DNA of 63,759 nucleotides, filler included, from Octopus bimaculoides (lineage: Eukaryota): NCBI RefSeq assembly GCF_001194135.2. It is 7 parts of 7 records of this genome, joined end to end, with 100 filler letters (N's around TTAATTAATTAA, not from the genome) between each part and the next. Parts side by side here need not be neighbours in the genome. Positions count along the whole stretch, not along the records: positions 51,168 to 53,931 come from NW_026424536.1; positions 54,032 to 58,685 come from NC_068983.1; positions 58,786 to 60,739 come from NC_069005.1; positions 60,840 to 62,349 come from NC_069001.1; positions 62,450 to 63,759 come from NC_068996.1; 2 more parts are not named here. One strand, written 5' to 3'. The notes below the pieces were generated by a model, which saw only the letters and a program-made list of their open reading frames with translations, had not been told where the DNA came from and made no database searches. The position numbers were made by a program, and so were the translations under genes. This document shows positions 52,792 to 63,759 of the stretch, one piece after another (position 1 is the first letter of the stretch; every line of letters starts with the position of its first letter).

Positions 52792-52801
52792 CATCTATTT
52801 G

Positions 52802-52870
<69 letters not shown>
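52640..52870. repeat. (CTAT)n microsatellite. Other long ones: (GA)n 7790-8065, (ATT)n 10385-10457, (CAT/CGT)n 12483-12700, (CTAT)n 15015-15110, (TATG)n 17410-17650
   Basis: Directly visible simple repeats. Confidence 0.95.
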
Positions 52871-52872
<2 letters not shown>

Positions 52873-53006
52873 GTTTTTCTGACTGTCCGTCTGTTCGTCT
52901 GCCTGTCTATCTATTTATCAGTCTGTTTGTCTGTTTTTCTGTCTGTCATTCTATTAATCGATTGATCTATCTATGTATGTGTTTGTGTGTATGTGTGTGT
53001 GTGTTT

Positions 53007-53305
53007 GCGTTTCAAGGGTTGAATGATCCATACAAATAAAGGATGTTTCTATTGACATTTTAGACATACCCTCCTTCATCACGGAGACGGTTTCAAGAAT
53101 CAAGTGTTGATACTCCGACGTTTGTTTCAAGGGTTGAGTAATCCATACAATTCTATACAAACTTTAGACATAGCCTCCTTCATCACGGAGACGGTTTCAA
53201 TAATCAAGTGTTGATACTCCGACGGCCGTTTCAAAGTTTGAGTAATCCATAGAAATAAAGGATGACTCTATACAAATTTTAGACATTGCCCCTATCATAA
53301 TGAGT
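53007..53305 (-). ncRNA. Tandem array (about 2.7 units, periods 115 and 104 bp) of degenerate hammerhead-ribozyme-like monomers
   Basis: The minus strand reads CTCC-GTGATGA-AGG...CCTT-GAAA-C(GGCC/AAAC)G-TC-GGAG: stem I CTCC/GGAG, GUC triplet and a palindromic stem III. C3 is replaced by G. Confidence 0.5.
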
Positions 53306-53500
53306 AAATGGGTGTTTAGTTTTATAAAGAGCGATGCCTGTTAGCAGGAAGAAGAAATATAAGAAGAACAGTTAGAAAATATGGTAGATCATAAGCAGGT
53401 ATTTGATTTCTAAAGTTACTTCCCACACTTCTTGCTATGACATTTCCTCTTCCTGCTAACACGTATTAAAGTACATCAATATAGTTTTTCTACGCATATA

Positions 53501-53910
53501 TACTCTTTTACTTGTTTCAGTCCTTTGACTGCGACCATGCTGGAGCACTGCGTTTTTAGTCGAGCAAATTGACCCCAGGACTTATTTTTTGGAAGCCTAG
53601 TACTTATTCTATCGGTCTCTTTTTTGCCGAACCGCTAAGTTACGGGGACGAAAACACGCCAGCATCGGTTGTCAAGCGATGTTGAGGGATAAACACAGAC
53701 ACACAAACACAAATACACACTCAAACACACACATATATATATATATACATATATACGACGGTCTTCTTTCAGTTTAAGTCTACCAAATCCACTCACAAGG
53801 CTTTGGTCGGCCCAAGGGTATAGTAGAAGACATTTGCCCAAGATGCCACGCAGTGGGACTGAACCCGGAACCATGTGGTTGTAAGCAAGCTACTTACCAC
53901 ACAGCCACTA
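53501..53910 (-). mobile_element. Full-length family A SINE
   Basis: Reverse-complement match to 3602-4003. Confidence 0.85.
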
Positions 53911-54099
53911 CTGCGCCTACATATATATATGNNNNNNNNNNNNNNNNNNNNNNNNNNNNNNNNNNNNNNNNNNNNTTAATTAATTAANNNNNNNNNNNNN
54001 NNNNNNNNNNNNNNNNNNNNNNNNNNNNNNNAATGTACTGTTCCGTGATAGAGTATTCAACAAAAAAAAGTACTTCATCTGGTGAGAGATAAATATTAT

Positions 54100-54700
54100 T
54101 TATTTAAAGGATACAATACATGTTTTTAAGTGCTACTAATAGTTTCATATGTTGAGAAATATCTGAAACATGTTCGTCAGGCGCACAAACCGCATATCAT
54201 AACGAACTAAAAATACTGGATAAGAGAAGAAATGCGAAAATATTGAGAAGGCAGCATATAGAAAATGCGAAAGGTCAAAAAAGGGGATAACGTAAAACAG
54301 AAAAACGGAAAACGAAAACACAGAAACGAAAACGTTTTTGTTCGGCTGCAGGTCAGTTCTGATCGTGGAGACGTATTGTCAAAGTCATTCAGTCCATAAG
54401 AATCCCGTCATTTCTTTTCAGATAGATGTATTAGCTTTTTCAGAGAGCAGGATGCATAAGATCTTAAGCAGATTATGCTTGTTATTTGTAGCAAATAGGC
54501 CGACCACATAGGGACGCCCACGCTGGCAGTGAGAATAATGGGGGCACTGGTGATGTCATTATCACCGGATTTTGAATTTTCTGGTTGATGACGTCAAAAC
54601 TGTACCAGCTAAACGAGTTAGTTTTGAAGCAGCCCCTGGTATTTGCAACCTATAATGTGATATCTATATCAAAATGGCGTTATATTTTTCTATGAAGATG
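54100..54700 (-). mobile_element. Possible Penelope-like element terminal remnant with a degenerate minimal hammerhead at 54129-54187
   Basis: Minus strand GTGCGC-CTGACGA-ACATGTT...AACATAT-GAAA-CTATTAG-TA-GCAC. The upstream sequence is a decayed, stop-rich, CpG-containing tract. Confidence 0.35.
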
Positions 54701-55144
54701 GCTGATTTGACTAATCTTCCAAGCTTTTTACGCGTATTTTATAAAAAGAAAATACCTTTTACTATCAATATGAGCTGTTTTTTCTGATTTGTGTGTTCAT
54801 GTTTATGCGTGTGTGTTATACATTATATGAAATGGATCCGTGTATTAGCTGCATGGTCAACCGGTAAAGACTAAAACTTCCCACAAATTTCTCCGTCTCA
54901 CCATTTTGATTTCTCTCCTACTGTCCTCAAGCCCTCTTACTCTCCCCCACGCAATGGAATACAGAATGGATATTCACACGTACCTGCCTAAATACAAATA
55001 TTCACTGGCATTTAAAGATACATATCATCATATATATATGACATATATATGATATCGTTTTACCTAAAAGCATAAGAGGGTATTAGACATATAACATATA
55101 TATGCATTGTATGTATACCTTTGTATACGTGTATATACATATAC

Positions 55145-55192
<48 letters not shown>

Positions 55193-56161
55193 NNNNNNNN
55201 NNNNNNNNNNNNNNNNNNNNNNNNNNNNNNNNNNNNNNNNNNNNNNNNNNNNNNNNNNNNNNNNNNNNNNNNNNNNNNNNNNNNNNNNNNNNNNNNNNNN
55301 NNNNNNNNNNNNNNNNNNNNNNNNNNNNNNNNNNNNNNNNNNNNNNNNNNNNNNNNNNNNNNNNNNNNNNNNNNNNNNNNNNNNNNNNNNNNNNNNNNNN
55401 NNNNNNNNNNNNNNNNNNNNNNNNNNNNNNNNNNNNNNNNNNNNNNNNNNNNNNNNNNNNNNNNNNNNNNNNNNNNNNNNNNNNNNNNNNNNNNNNNNNN
55501 NNNNNNNNNNNNNNNNNNNNNNNNNNNNNNNNNNNNNNNNNNNNNNNNNNNNNNNNNNNNNNNNNNNNNNNNNNNNNNNNNNNNNNNNNNNNNNNNNNNN
55601 NNNNNNNNNNNNNNNNNNNNNNNNNNNNNNNNNNNNNNNNNNNNNNNNNNNNNNNNNNNNNNNNNNNNNNNNNNNNNNNNNNNNNNNNNNNNNNNNNNNN
55701 NNNNNNNNNNNNNNNNNNNNNNNNNNNNNNNNNNNNNNNNNNNNNNNNNNNNNNNNNNNNNNNNNNNNNNNNNNNNNNNNNNNNNNNNNNNNNNNNNNNN
55801 NNNNNNNNNNNNNNNNNNNNNNNNNNNNNNNNNNNNNNNNNNNNNNNNNNNNNNNNNNNNNNNNNNNNNNNNNNNNNNNNNNNNNNNNNNNNNNNNNNNN
55901 NNNNNNNNNNNNNNNNNNNNNNNNNNNNNNNNNNNNNNNNNNNNNNNNNNNNNNNNNNNNNNNNNNNNNNNNNNNNNNNNNNNNNNNNNNNNNNNNNNNN
56001 NNNNNNNNNNNNNNNNNNNNNNNNNNNNNNNNNNNNNNNNNNNNNNNNNNNNNNNNNNNNNNNNNNNNNNNNNNNNNNNNNNNNNNNNNNNNNNNNNNNN
56101 NNNNNNNNNNNNNNNNNNNNNNNNNNNNNNNNNNNNNNNNNNNNNNNNNNNNNNNNNNNNN

Positions 56162-56213
<52 letters not shown>

Positions 56214-56499
56214 TGTATGCATAGAAACATACATATCATATACATATATACTTAGATTCACAGAGAAACGCTAACACACATGATGACAGAGACAGCCACG
56301 TTTACATTGATACTATTATGATGACATCATTTCGTACCAGTTTCACTATTTTCAATAAACATCCCACATAATTCCATTACTGTCCGTCTTTCTTTCTCAT
56401 ACATATGGGAACGCCTGCGCGCGTGCGCATAAACACACACACACATACATACACACTCACGGACATACAAATGGCTATGTGTGCTTGTGTGTGTATATG

Positions 56500-56531
<32 letters not shown>

Positions 56532-56578
56532 AATATATACATACATATGTATATACACACATACATGTGATTTATTCA

Positions 56579-56624
<46 letters not shown>

Positions 56625-57600
56625 TATATATACACATATACATATATATATATATATATATGGATATGCGTACGGGAGCAGGGAATGTTTGAAACCGGAT
56701 ATACAAGAAAACGAGGCCTCCATCTGAAGGGCTGTTTTGTATGGTTAGCAATAATGTAAACAATGAGAGCACGGTGTTTTTAAGTAAGTATGTATTTATA
56801 GGTGCGTGTGTATGATAGTTAGGAATAGTTATATGTATACATTCGTCTGTATGCTCATGTGCGTGTGTGTATGTGCGTGCATGTGTGTGTGTGTCTGTGT
56901 GTGTGGTTTGGTTAGACATAAAATCAGCTGCTAGGAGGCGTGAGTGTGCTAAGAATCATTGAGAATGAATAAAAGAATGAAGGTAGACGAATACTTATGT
57001 ATAATAAAGACCACTTGAGATTTTCAAGTACGAATGAAGAAACTCTACTTGATGGAGGTTGTCTTTGTAAATGTCAACCACCATTCTAATGGCTATGGTG
57101 AGTTGGTTGTGGTGATTATAGTAGCGGTAGCGGCGCAGTCAGTAATAGTAGTCTCGTTGGAATTTTAGTGATGTTGTTGGTAGTTATGGTAGCTGATGTA
57201 CTTTAGCTATAATGATTTTAGTGGTGGATGGAGTGAGAGATAGTGAAGATGATGCAGTGATAGAGGCGATGTTGATGGCAGTATCGTTGTTGTTGTTGTT
57301 GATTGTGGTAGTAGTGGAAGTAATGGTCATGGTGGTGGTGAGGTGTGATAGTGTCATAAACGGTTGTTCGGATGCGACTGTTGACGGTTTTCTTGATTGG
57401 TGTTATTAGGTTGTTAATGCTATATCAGTGCTTTTACTAGTCTTGTCAGTAAAAGCGTTGGTTGTCTTGATGGTGGTTGTATTAGTGTTTCGTACATTTA
57501 CGGGCAACATATACAGTTCCTGGTTGGGATAACAATAATGTAGCTTTGGTAGCAAGGTGGTGATGCTTATTTTTTGTTGTTTTTGTAATATGTCTGCAAG

Positions 57601-57640
<40 letters not shown>

Positions 57641-57643
<3 letters not shown>

Positions 57644-57980
57644 AATTTAGTGAATGGAGTAAAACGCATATGTTAACTGCATACTTTTATTTCCAACATA
57701 TGTCTCGAAGATTACAAATTATATCTTCCATAGGAACCGGTGATGTTGTTAAGAATGTAATCTTCTCTTCAGGGAAATGCATGGGAACCAGCTTAAACGT
57801 AAGACATTTTAACCGAATATATGTTTAAGCTGGTTCCCATGCATATCCCTGAAGAGAAGATTACATTCTTAACAACATCACCGGTTCCTATGGAAGATAT
57901 AATTTGTAATATTCGAAACATATGTTGGAAATAAAAGAATTCATTTAACATATGCGTTTTACTCCATTCACTAAATTTAT
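57641..57980. mobile_element. Long foldback element (about 155-bp arms, about 26-nt spacer) next to a (TA)n tract
   Basis: ATAAATTTAGTGAATGGAGTAAAACGCATATG...CCAGCTTAAAC pairs almost perfectly with GTTTAAGCTGG...CATATGCGTTTTACTCCATTCACTAAATTTAT. Confidence 0.85.
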
Positions 57981-58785
57981 ATATACTCAAGTACTCAAAA
58001 TAACAAGGAGTTTCTACCTCATAAACAGGAGTTACACCACAGTCATTTTGTGACCTTTGCTACCCTGGTATCTATTAACCAGTTTATTTTGTCCGAGTTA
58101 TTTGTTAATTAGGAGAAAATAAATACATATAATAAAATATATATATATATATATATTGGTTTAAAATTTTGACACAGAGCCGACAATTTTGAGGGAAGGG
58201 CTAATCGATTAGATTGACCTCAATACTCAACTGGTATTTATTTTATCGACACTGAAAGGATGAAAGGCAAAGTCGATCCGGATGGCATTTGAACTAAGAG
58301 CGTAAAGTCGGATAAAGCACCACTGAGCATTTTGCCTGGCGCGTCGCGATTCTGCTAGCTCGTCACCTTACTCATAGTGTGTGTATATATATATATATAT
58401 ACAAGAATAAGGGCAGAGAATCGTCAATTAATAATAGAATTAATAATTAACAATTCTGCCAAGTAGTTCAGTGTGAAAAAAACCTTTATCGGTAAAACTA
58501 TTTATCATTATAAATATACAGGGATTAGCAATTGAGTTGCTTCTCCAACATACTGAAAATTTAGAAATAGCAGTCAAAGAACTACTGATTCCAAACTACA
58601 AATTTTTCTCTAAAGTGGATGGCGATATTTATGGCACACATAGAACAAAAAACCGGAGGGAAAAGCGTAAACAAACCAAGCCGTTNNNNNNNNNNNNNNN
58701 NNNNNNNNNNNNNNNNNNNNNNNNNNNNNTTAATTAATTAANNNNNNNNNNNNNNNNNNNNNNNNNNNNNNNNNNNNNNNNNNNN

Positions 58786-58838
<53 letters not shown>

Positions 58839-58879
58839 CAAAAACCACAATCTTGCACCGATTGTGAATCTGAGTTTGC

Positions 58880-60400
58880 AGTACCCTTGCTGCAGTGTAT
58901 TCTGATTACAATCTGTTCGCATATTGATAGTGGAGCACTTGGACACCTACACATTGAACAGCATTTTGCTTTCTTCAGCCCGCCTGCATACTGTGCTCAA
59001 GGCTCTCTTTAGTTTTGCATTTACCGAGACCCTTAACTGCTTGTGATACCTTTGTGTTGTCAGCATAGCCAGCGAGAATGGCTGAGTGTATGACGTGAGG
59101 GTATATTTGAGAGGGCTACCACAAATGGTAGTTGTCTCTGCACAGTTATCTGAAAGACCCCGCTTAGAATTGGTGTTGGGCAGTTGCACCAATGGCTACA
59201 GCTGCCTGACTCGTATCTTTTAAAACACCGTGCGGCTTCTTCTTTAGCTTTTCCAACCATATTGCGGTTACGCAGTTTTGATATATCATTGCGAGAACTT
59301 TATCGAGGGCTTTTGCAAAACGGTGATATATCACATTGAATTTAAATGGTCGAGCTGTTGGTTTAGTACCCAGTATTATGACTGTTTCATTACTACATAA
59401 TACTCTAGTAACTTTATAAGGTAACTCCTTCCTTGATGGGAGGAGCCGTGCTGCGTGTCAGTGAACAAACTGTTTTCTTCTAGGAATATGATTACCTTCC
59501 CTCTGACAATGCGTTTCATGACTGTGCTGATGTGTGAGATCAGAAAGGTAGGTTTGTAATTTTTAGCATCTTCACTGCTCCCCACTTTCTGGATAGGGTA
59601 CCTTATAGTTTCTTTTAATTTCGTAAAGGAGCTCTGGAAAATATCTGCGGCGGTTTTTACCAGATCTTTGTGGCATTTTTTAAAAAATAATCGCAGGGAA
59701 ACTATCAGGGCCTGTTGCTGAGTTCAAGTTTATCTCATCAATGGTCTATTACATTCTGAATTTAAATACCACCAAGGTCAACTTTGCCATTCATCCCTTC
59801 GAGGGTCGGCAGAATAAAATACCAGTCAAGTAATGGGTTGACGTAATGGACTAACTCCCTTCCCCCTGTAACTGTTGGGCTTGTGTGGGCTTCTGTCGAA
59901 ATTTAAAACAAATATTACATCCTCCTCTTCTCTGTCGATGTAATCGATGGTTGCCTCTTCCTGTATGGAGCCGTGGTGATGAAGAATTCACCAGACTTAT
60001 TTACATACCGTTCAGCGGGAAAGTGGAAACTTTTAGAATTGTTTATTTAGTATTTCACTTATCCTTTTGTGATCTGTACTCAATGAACTATTTCCTTCAA
60101 CCAGTAGCTCTATCTTGTACAGTTCCTTCAACCAGTAGCTCTATTTCTACAGTGGATGGTTTTAGGGTTCGTTTTATATTTTCAGCTGCCTTAGTTTCTT
60201 CTTCTTCTTTCCTCTCGTTTTCGTGGGAGAGTCTGAGTTTGTTTTCGCATCATTGAAAGTACCTTATAAATAAGATTCCTTGCTGCTATTAAGTTATTTA
60301 TTTAAGCAGTTTTACATCTTTATTTTTCGTCTAATAAGGGCTCTCTTTTCTCTAACGTTTTCATGCAAATTTACTCTTCCCTCTGGAACTAATTTACGAT
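58880..60400 (-). mobile_element. Decayed CR1/L2-like LINE ORF2 (linker plus RT), interrupted by a family B SINE at about 59720-59900
   Basis: The minus strand shows NYKPTFLISH...FLEENSLFTDTQHG...GRSY, SGVFQ.TV and GYADNTKV (YADD-like), with many stops and frameshifts. Confidence 0.8.
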
Positions 60401-61149
60401 ATATGACTTGCATTCAGGGCCGGATTAAGACCCATCAAGTCCCTAAGCACTTAAAAGATTTTGGTGCCCCCATAAAAGATTATGTAATTCAAAATACAAA
60501 CAATAACAAACCATAAAATAGATTTCTATTTCTCAAAATGAAACAAAACAGTAAGAGAGAAAATAATGTTTATTTTTGTATTCTTCCACTTTATTTATAT
60601 TTGAAAAATTTCCTCCTATTTTTTTGAATTGCAAAGTCTTTGATCAGATTCTCAAAATTAATCTTAGTAGAAATAAAGGCATCCTGAATATTATTTTAGC
60701 AAGTTTAAAGTGATTTCTTTTATGCCGTAAACCATTTACNNNNNNNNNNNNNNNNNNNNNNNNNNNNNNNNNNNNNNNNNNNNTTAATTAATTAANNNNN
60801 NNNNNNNNNNNNNNNNNNNNNNNNNNNNNNNNNNNNNNNATGCCTTTCCTAATGCCAACCACTTTACAGAATGTTCTGGGTGCTTTTTATGTGGCACCAG
60901 CACTCAGACCAATGCTTTTTACATGGCACCTTGGTCTTAGGATCTGTGTGTGTATATATGTATAAGTTGGTGTTAGGAAGGGCATCCAGCTGTAGAAACT
61001 CTGCCAGATCAGATTGGAGCCTGGTGCAGCCATCTGGCTCACTAGTCCCCAGTCAAACCGTCCAACCCATGCTAGCATGGAAAGTGGATGTTAAACGATG
61101 ATGATATATATATATATTGCAGTTATGTTGAAACAGGTGATACGGGAAG

Positions 61150-61830
61150 TGCAGCATTGATAACAAAATATTTGTGGAGTAAATAATGGGCCAATTCGAC
61201 TAAGTGACATGTCATGTGTCCATTTGGAGTATTCCAGACCCTAACCAGTCATGGAAAATTGGGTGGGGTATGTGACTTTTTGAAAGCTGTCAGTGGATAT
61301 ACTCTCCTTTGCGGCAGTTGGTGCTGCATCTAACATGACCCATCGTCTGAAGCTTTGACTCCTCCTTTGGGTTTGTTGTCCAACATCACTTATAAAGTAA
61401 ATTTGGAGGAACTTGAACTTTGAATGTTGGCATAAATCCATGTTCAGCTATCTCTTTTTGAAATACAGAGTTGTATTGTCTGATATTGGTCAGAAAATCC
61501 TTTGACTGGATGGAAGTTCCTTCCAGAAGATCTATAAGAGGTTGAGGAGGAGCTGGTAATCTTACCTTACTGCCTGAGCAGCGCATGCCATTAGTTTCAT
61601 TTAGAAATGTTTACTGCTCTTGGGAAAGTCTCATCTCCCTTCTGTATTGAGACTCCATCGGATGTGCTGTAACATGCTGATCTTGAGAAAGTCTCATCTC
61701 GATTCTCTCTTCAGACTCCATTTGACGTGCTGCAGCATGCTTTTGCTGATCTTGGGAAAGTCTCATCTCCCTTCTCTCTTGAAACTCCATTTGACGAGCT
61801 GCAGTATGTCTCATCTCTTTTCTCTCTTAA
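61150..61830 (-). mobile_element. Helitron Rep-helicase N-terminal fragment with about 23-aa tandem repeats
   Basis: CSGSKVRLP.PPQPL..LLEG...SKDFLTNIRQYNSVFQ...FMPTFKVQ and FLQIYF are Helitron-type motifs. They are preceded by repeated AARQMES.ERREMRLSQDQ units. Confidence 0.8.
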
Positions 61831-63409
61831 GACTCTCGCCTTTGGTTTTCTACAATTCTCCTTACTTTATACTTGTTTCTGGAGAGATTATGTCCTTTCT
61901 TTGGTGGCATATTTTTTTTCAATGTTGTAAACCAAAAATTATGAACATAGAAGAAATTATGCAGTAATCTCTATTATTGTAAGCATTTGAATGCCTTTAT
62001 TTTTGTATGCAGTACAAATTAACCAAATAGAAGCACATGTATGAACTGCTAATCATCATCATTTAAAGTCTGCCTTCCATGCTAGCATGGGTTGGACGAT
62101 TTGATTGAGGACTGGTGAAACCGGATGGCAACACCAGGCTCCAAACTAATTTGGCAGAGTTTCTACAGCTGGATGCCCTTCCTAACGCCAACCACTCAGA
62201 GAGTGTAGTGGGTGCTTTTACGTGTCACCCGCACGAAAACGGCCACGCTCGAAATGGTGTCTTTTATGTGCCACCTGCACAAGAGCCAGTCCAGGGGCAC
62301 TGGCAATGATCTCGCTTGAAAACCCTACAAAGGCCAGTCAGGCGGTATANNNNNNNNNNNNNNNNNNNNNNNNNNNNNNNNNNNNNNNNNNNNTTAATTA
62401 ATTAANNNNNNNNNNNNNNNNNNNNNNNNNNNNNNNNNNNNNNNNNNNNGTAAATACGCTCTATTTTTACAGACTCAATCGTAAGTCGGTAGTGTTAGAC
62501 ACAATTAACAGCGAACACTCTCCGAATAAGAACCGTGTACGTACCTCTTTTTAGTGTTACTGAAAGATAGTTACGACACCCTGGATACCCTTTGAGATTG
62601 TGTGGAGCTAGCCAAAAGGGAAGGGGCTGTATGAGCCTCACATACCTTCTCAGACGTTTCCAAGTTTGACAGGTAGCAATAAGATTTGCGATTGTGACAC
62701 TGTAGACATGGATAAACGGCGTCAAGTCATCAAGATCGTATCTAGGTAGAATATTCTGTAGGCCAGTAGACAGGGATAGTCTAAGTTGTCCACTATTTGT
62801 CGTCGGCTACGCAGATTACAAACTGGTAAGCTGTGCAGTCGACCTAGATAGAATTCATTGGCAGAGGTTTGGTCACTGAAAGCTAAATGAGTTTTTCCTG
62901 GCACGCAAAGCTTACTGAGATCAGATTAGCGAATTAGTTAGGCAGACGTTGAAGGAGACAAGCGTCAACAGCAAATGGTAGTTCGCCAAAATGGGTGGTT
63001 GAAGTAGAATTGATAAGATTAAGTAAGGAAGTAATATCAGAGAACGCTATATTAGAGGGAGACCTACTCGTTGGACAAAATTCTTAGCATCGTTTCTTCA
63101 GGCTTTTCACATTCTGTGTTCCAATGCAGTCCACAAATTCCACCACCACAAATTCCAGGCCTTGTGCATATAAACGAAAGGAGTATTATAGGAGTATTAT
63201 TATTATTGATAAGGCAGTGAGTAGGTAGTATCGTTACCGCGTTGATTAAAATGCTTAACGACATTTCGTTCGTCTTTACGTTCCGAGTTCAAATTCTGCC
63301 GAAGTTGACTTTGCTTTTCATCATTTCGGTATCCATAAAATAAATAGCAGTCGAGCACAGAACCTCCCCACACCACCAAATTTCAGGCATAGTTCCTTTA
63401 TTACAAAGA

Positions 63410-63462
<53 letters not shown>

Positions 63463-63759
63463 GTTTTTTCTTGTTTCTTCAAATTTTCTTCCATTTCTCG
63501 CCGAGTGTTTTTCCGTACACCTAGGGCAGAGAAGCACATTGTATGCATTCCCAGTTTACACACGCAAATTCACAGGTAAAATATGTATTTTTTAAAATAA
63601 ATAAATAAATTCATGAATGGATGTTGTTTTCACAGCGATAATGCTCTTCTCAGTACATGAGTCGTTCCAGTTAGCACGATTTTTTGCACTTCCTGTAGGG
63701 ATGGTAGGCCTGGTATCATTTTCAAATAGGTTTCAGTACCTTTTTTTTTATCATTCCTA

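Noticed and set aside
52585-53039. ORFs rich in LSIY, YIYI, CVCV or HTYI (also 14906-15463, 17267-17755 and many others)
   Set aside because: Translations of microsatellites.
55064-56274. Long ORFs of 200-390 aa (also 1378-2192 and 42147-42761)
   Set aside because: They consist of N-gap X runs and (TA)n.
58537-58737. MLLQHTENLEIAVKELLI as a duplicated small protein (also 5175-5408)
   Set aside because: The copies diverge in frame after a short stretch and sit in a dispersed repeat next to microsatellites; non-coding.
49040-63759. Search for TauD-like exon 3 carrying the distal His/Arg
   Set aside because: No convincing phase-0 exon was found by eye; it may lie in a gap (e.g. 55193-56161) or beyond the window.

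Overview
AT-rich, microsatellite-, SINE- and LINE-dense animal genomic scaffold with N gaps. The SINE families recognised from memory point to an octopus. Three well-supported protein-coding loci sit in the middle. (1) An RNA polymerase III subunit RPC9/CRCP gene on + has a single-exon CDS (31745-32356), a probable 5'UTR intron and an 80-aa acidic tail. (2) A complete 4-exon ALKBH7 gene on - spans 40972-34931 (246 aa). (3) A TauD/TfdA-type Fe(II)/2-oxoglutarate dioxygenase on + has exons at 41413-41815 and 48900-49039; its later exons are not visible. It lies head-to-head with ALKBH7, with 440 bp between the start codons. A weaker minus-strand gene near the left edge has a signal-peptide/Cys-rich exon (719-565) and candidate 5'UTR exons near 12.9 and 13.5 kb. 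The rest is repeats: several tRNA-derived SINE families, RTE- and CR1-like LINE fragments, a truncated mariner, MITEs, a solo LTR plus a related LTR with a PBS, and a Helitron fragment. Notable oddities are nested TTAGGG-containing palindromic MITEs and three degenerate hammerhead-ribozyme loci: a tRNA-headed SINE with a hammerhead tail, a tandem array and a single motif. All alignments and translations were done by eye; family assignments rest on remembered motifs, not database searches.
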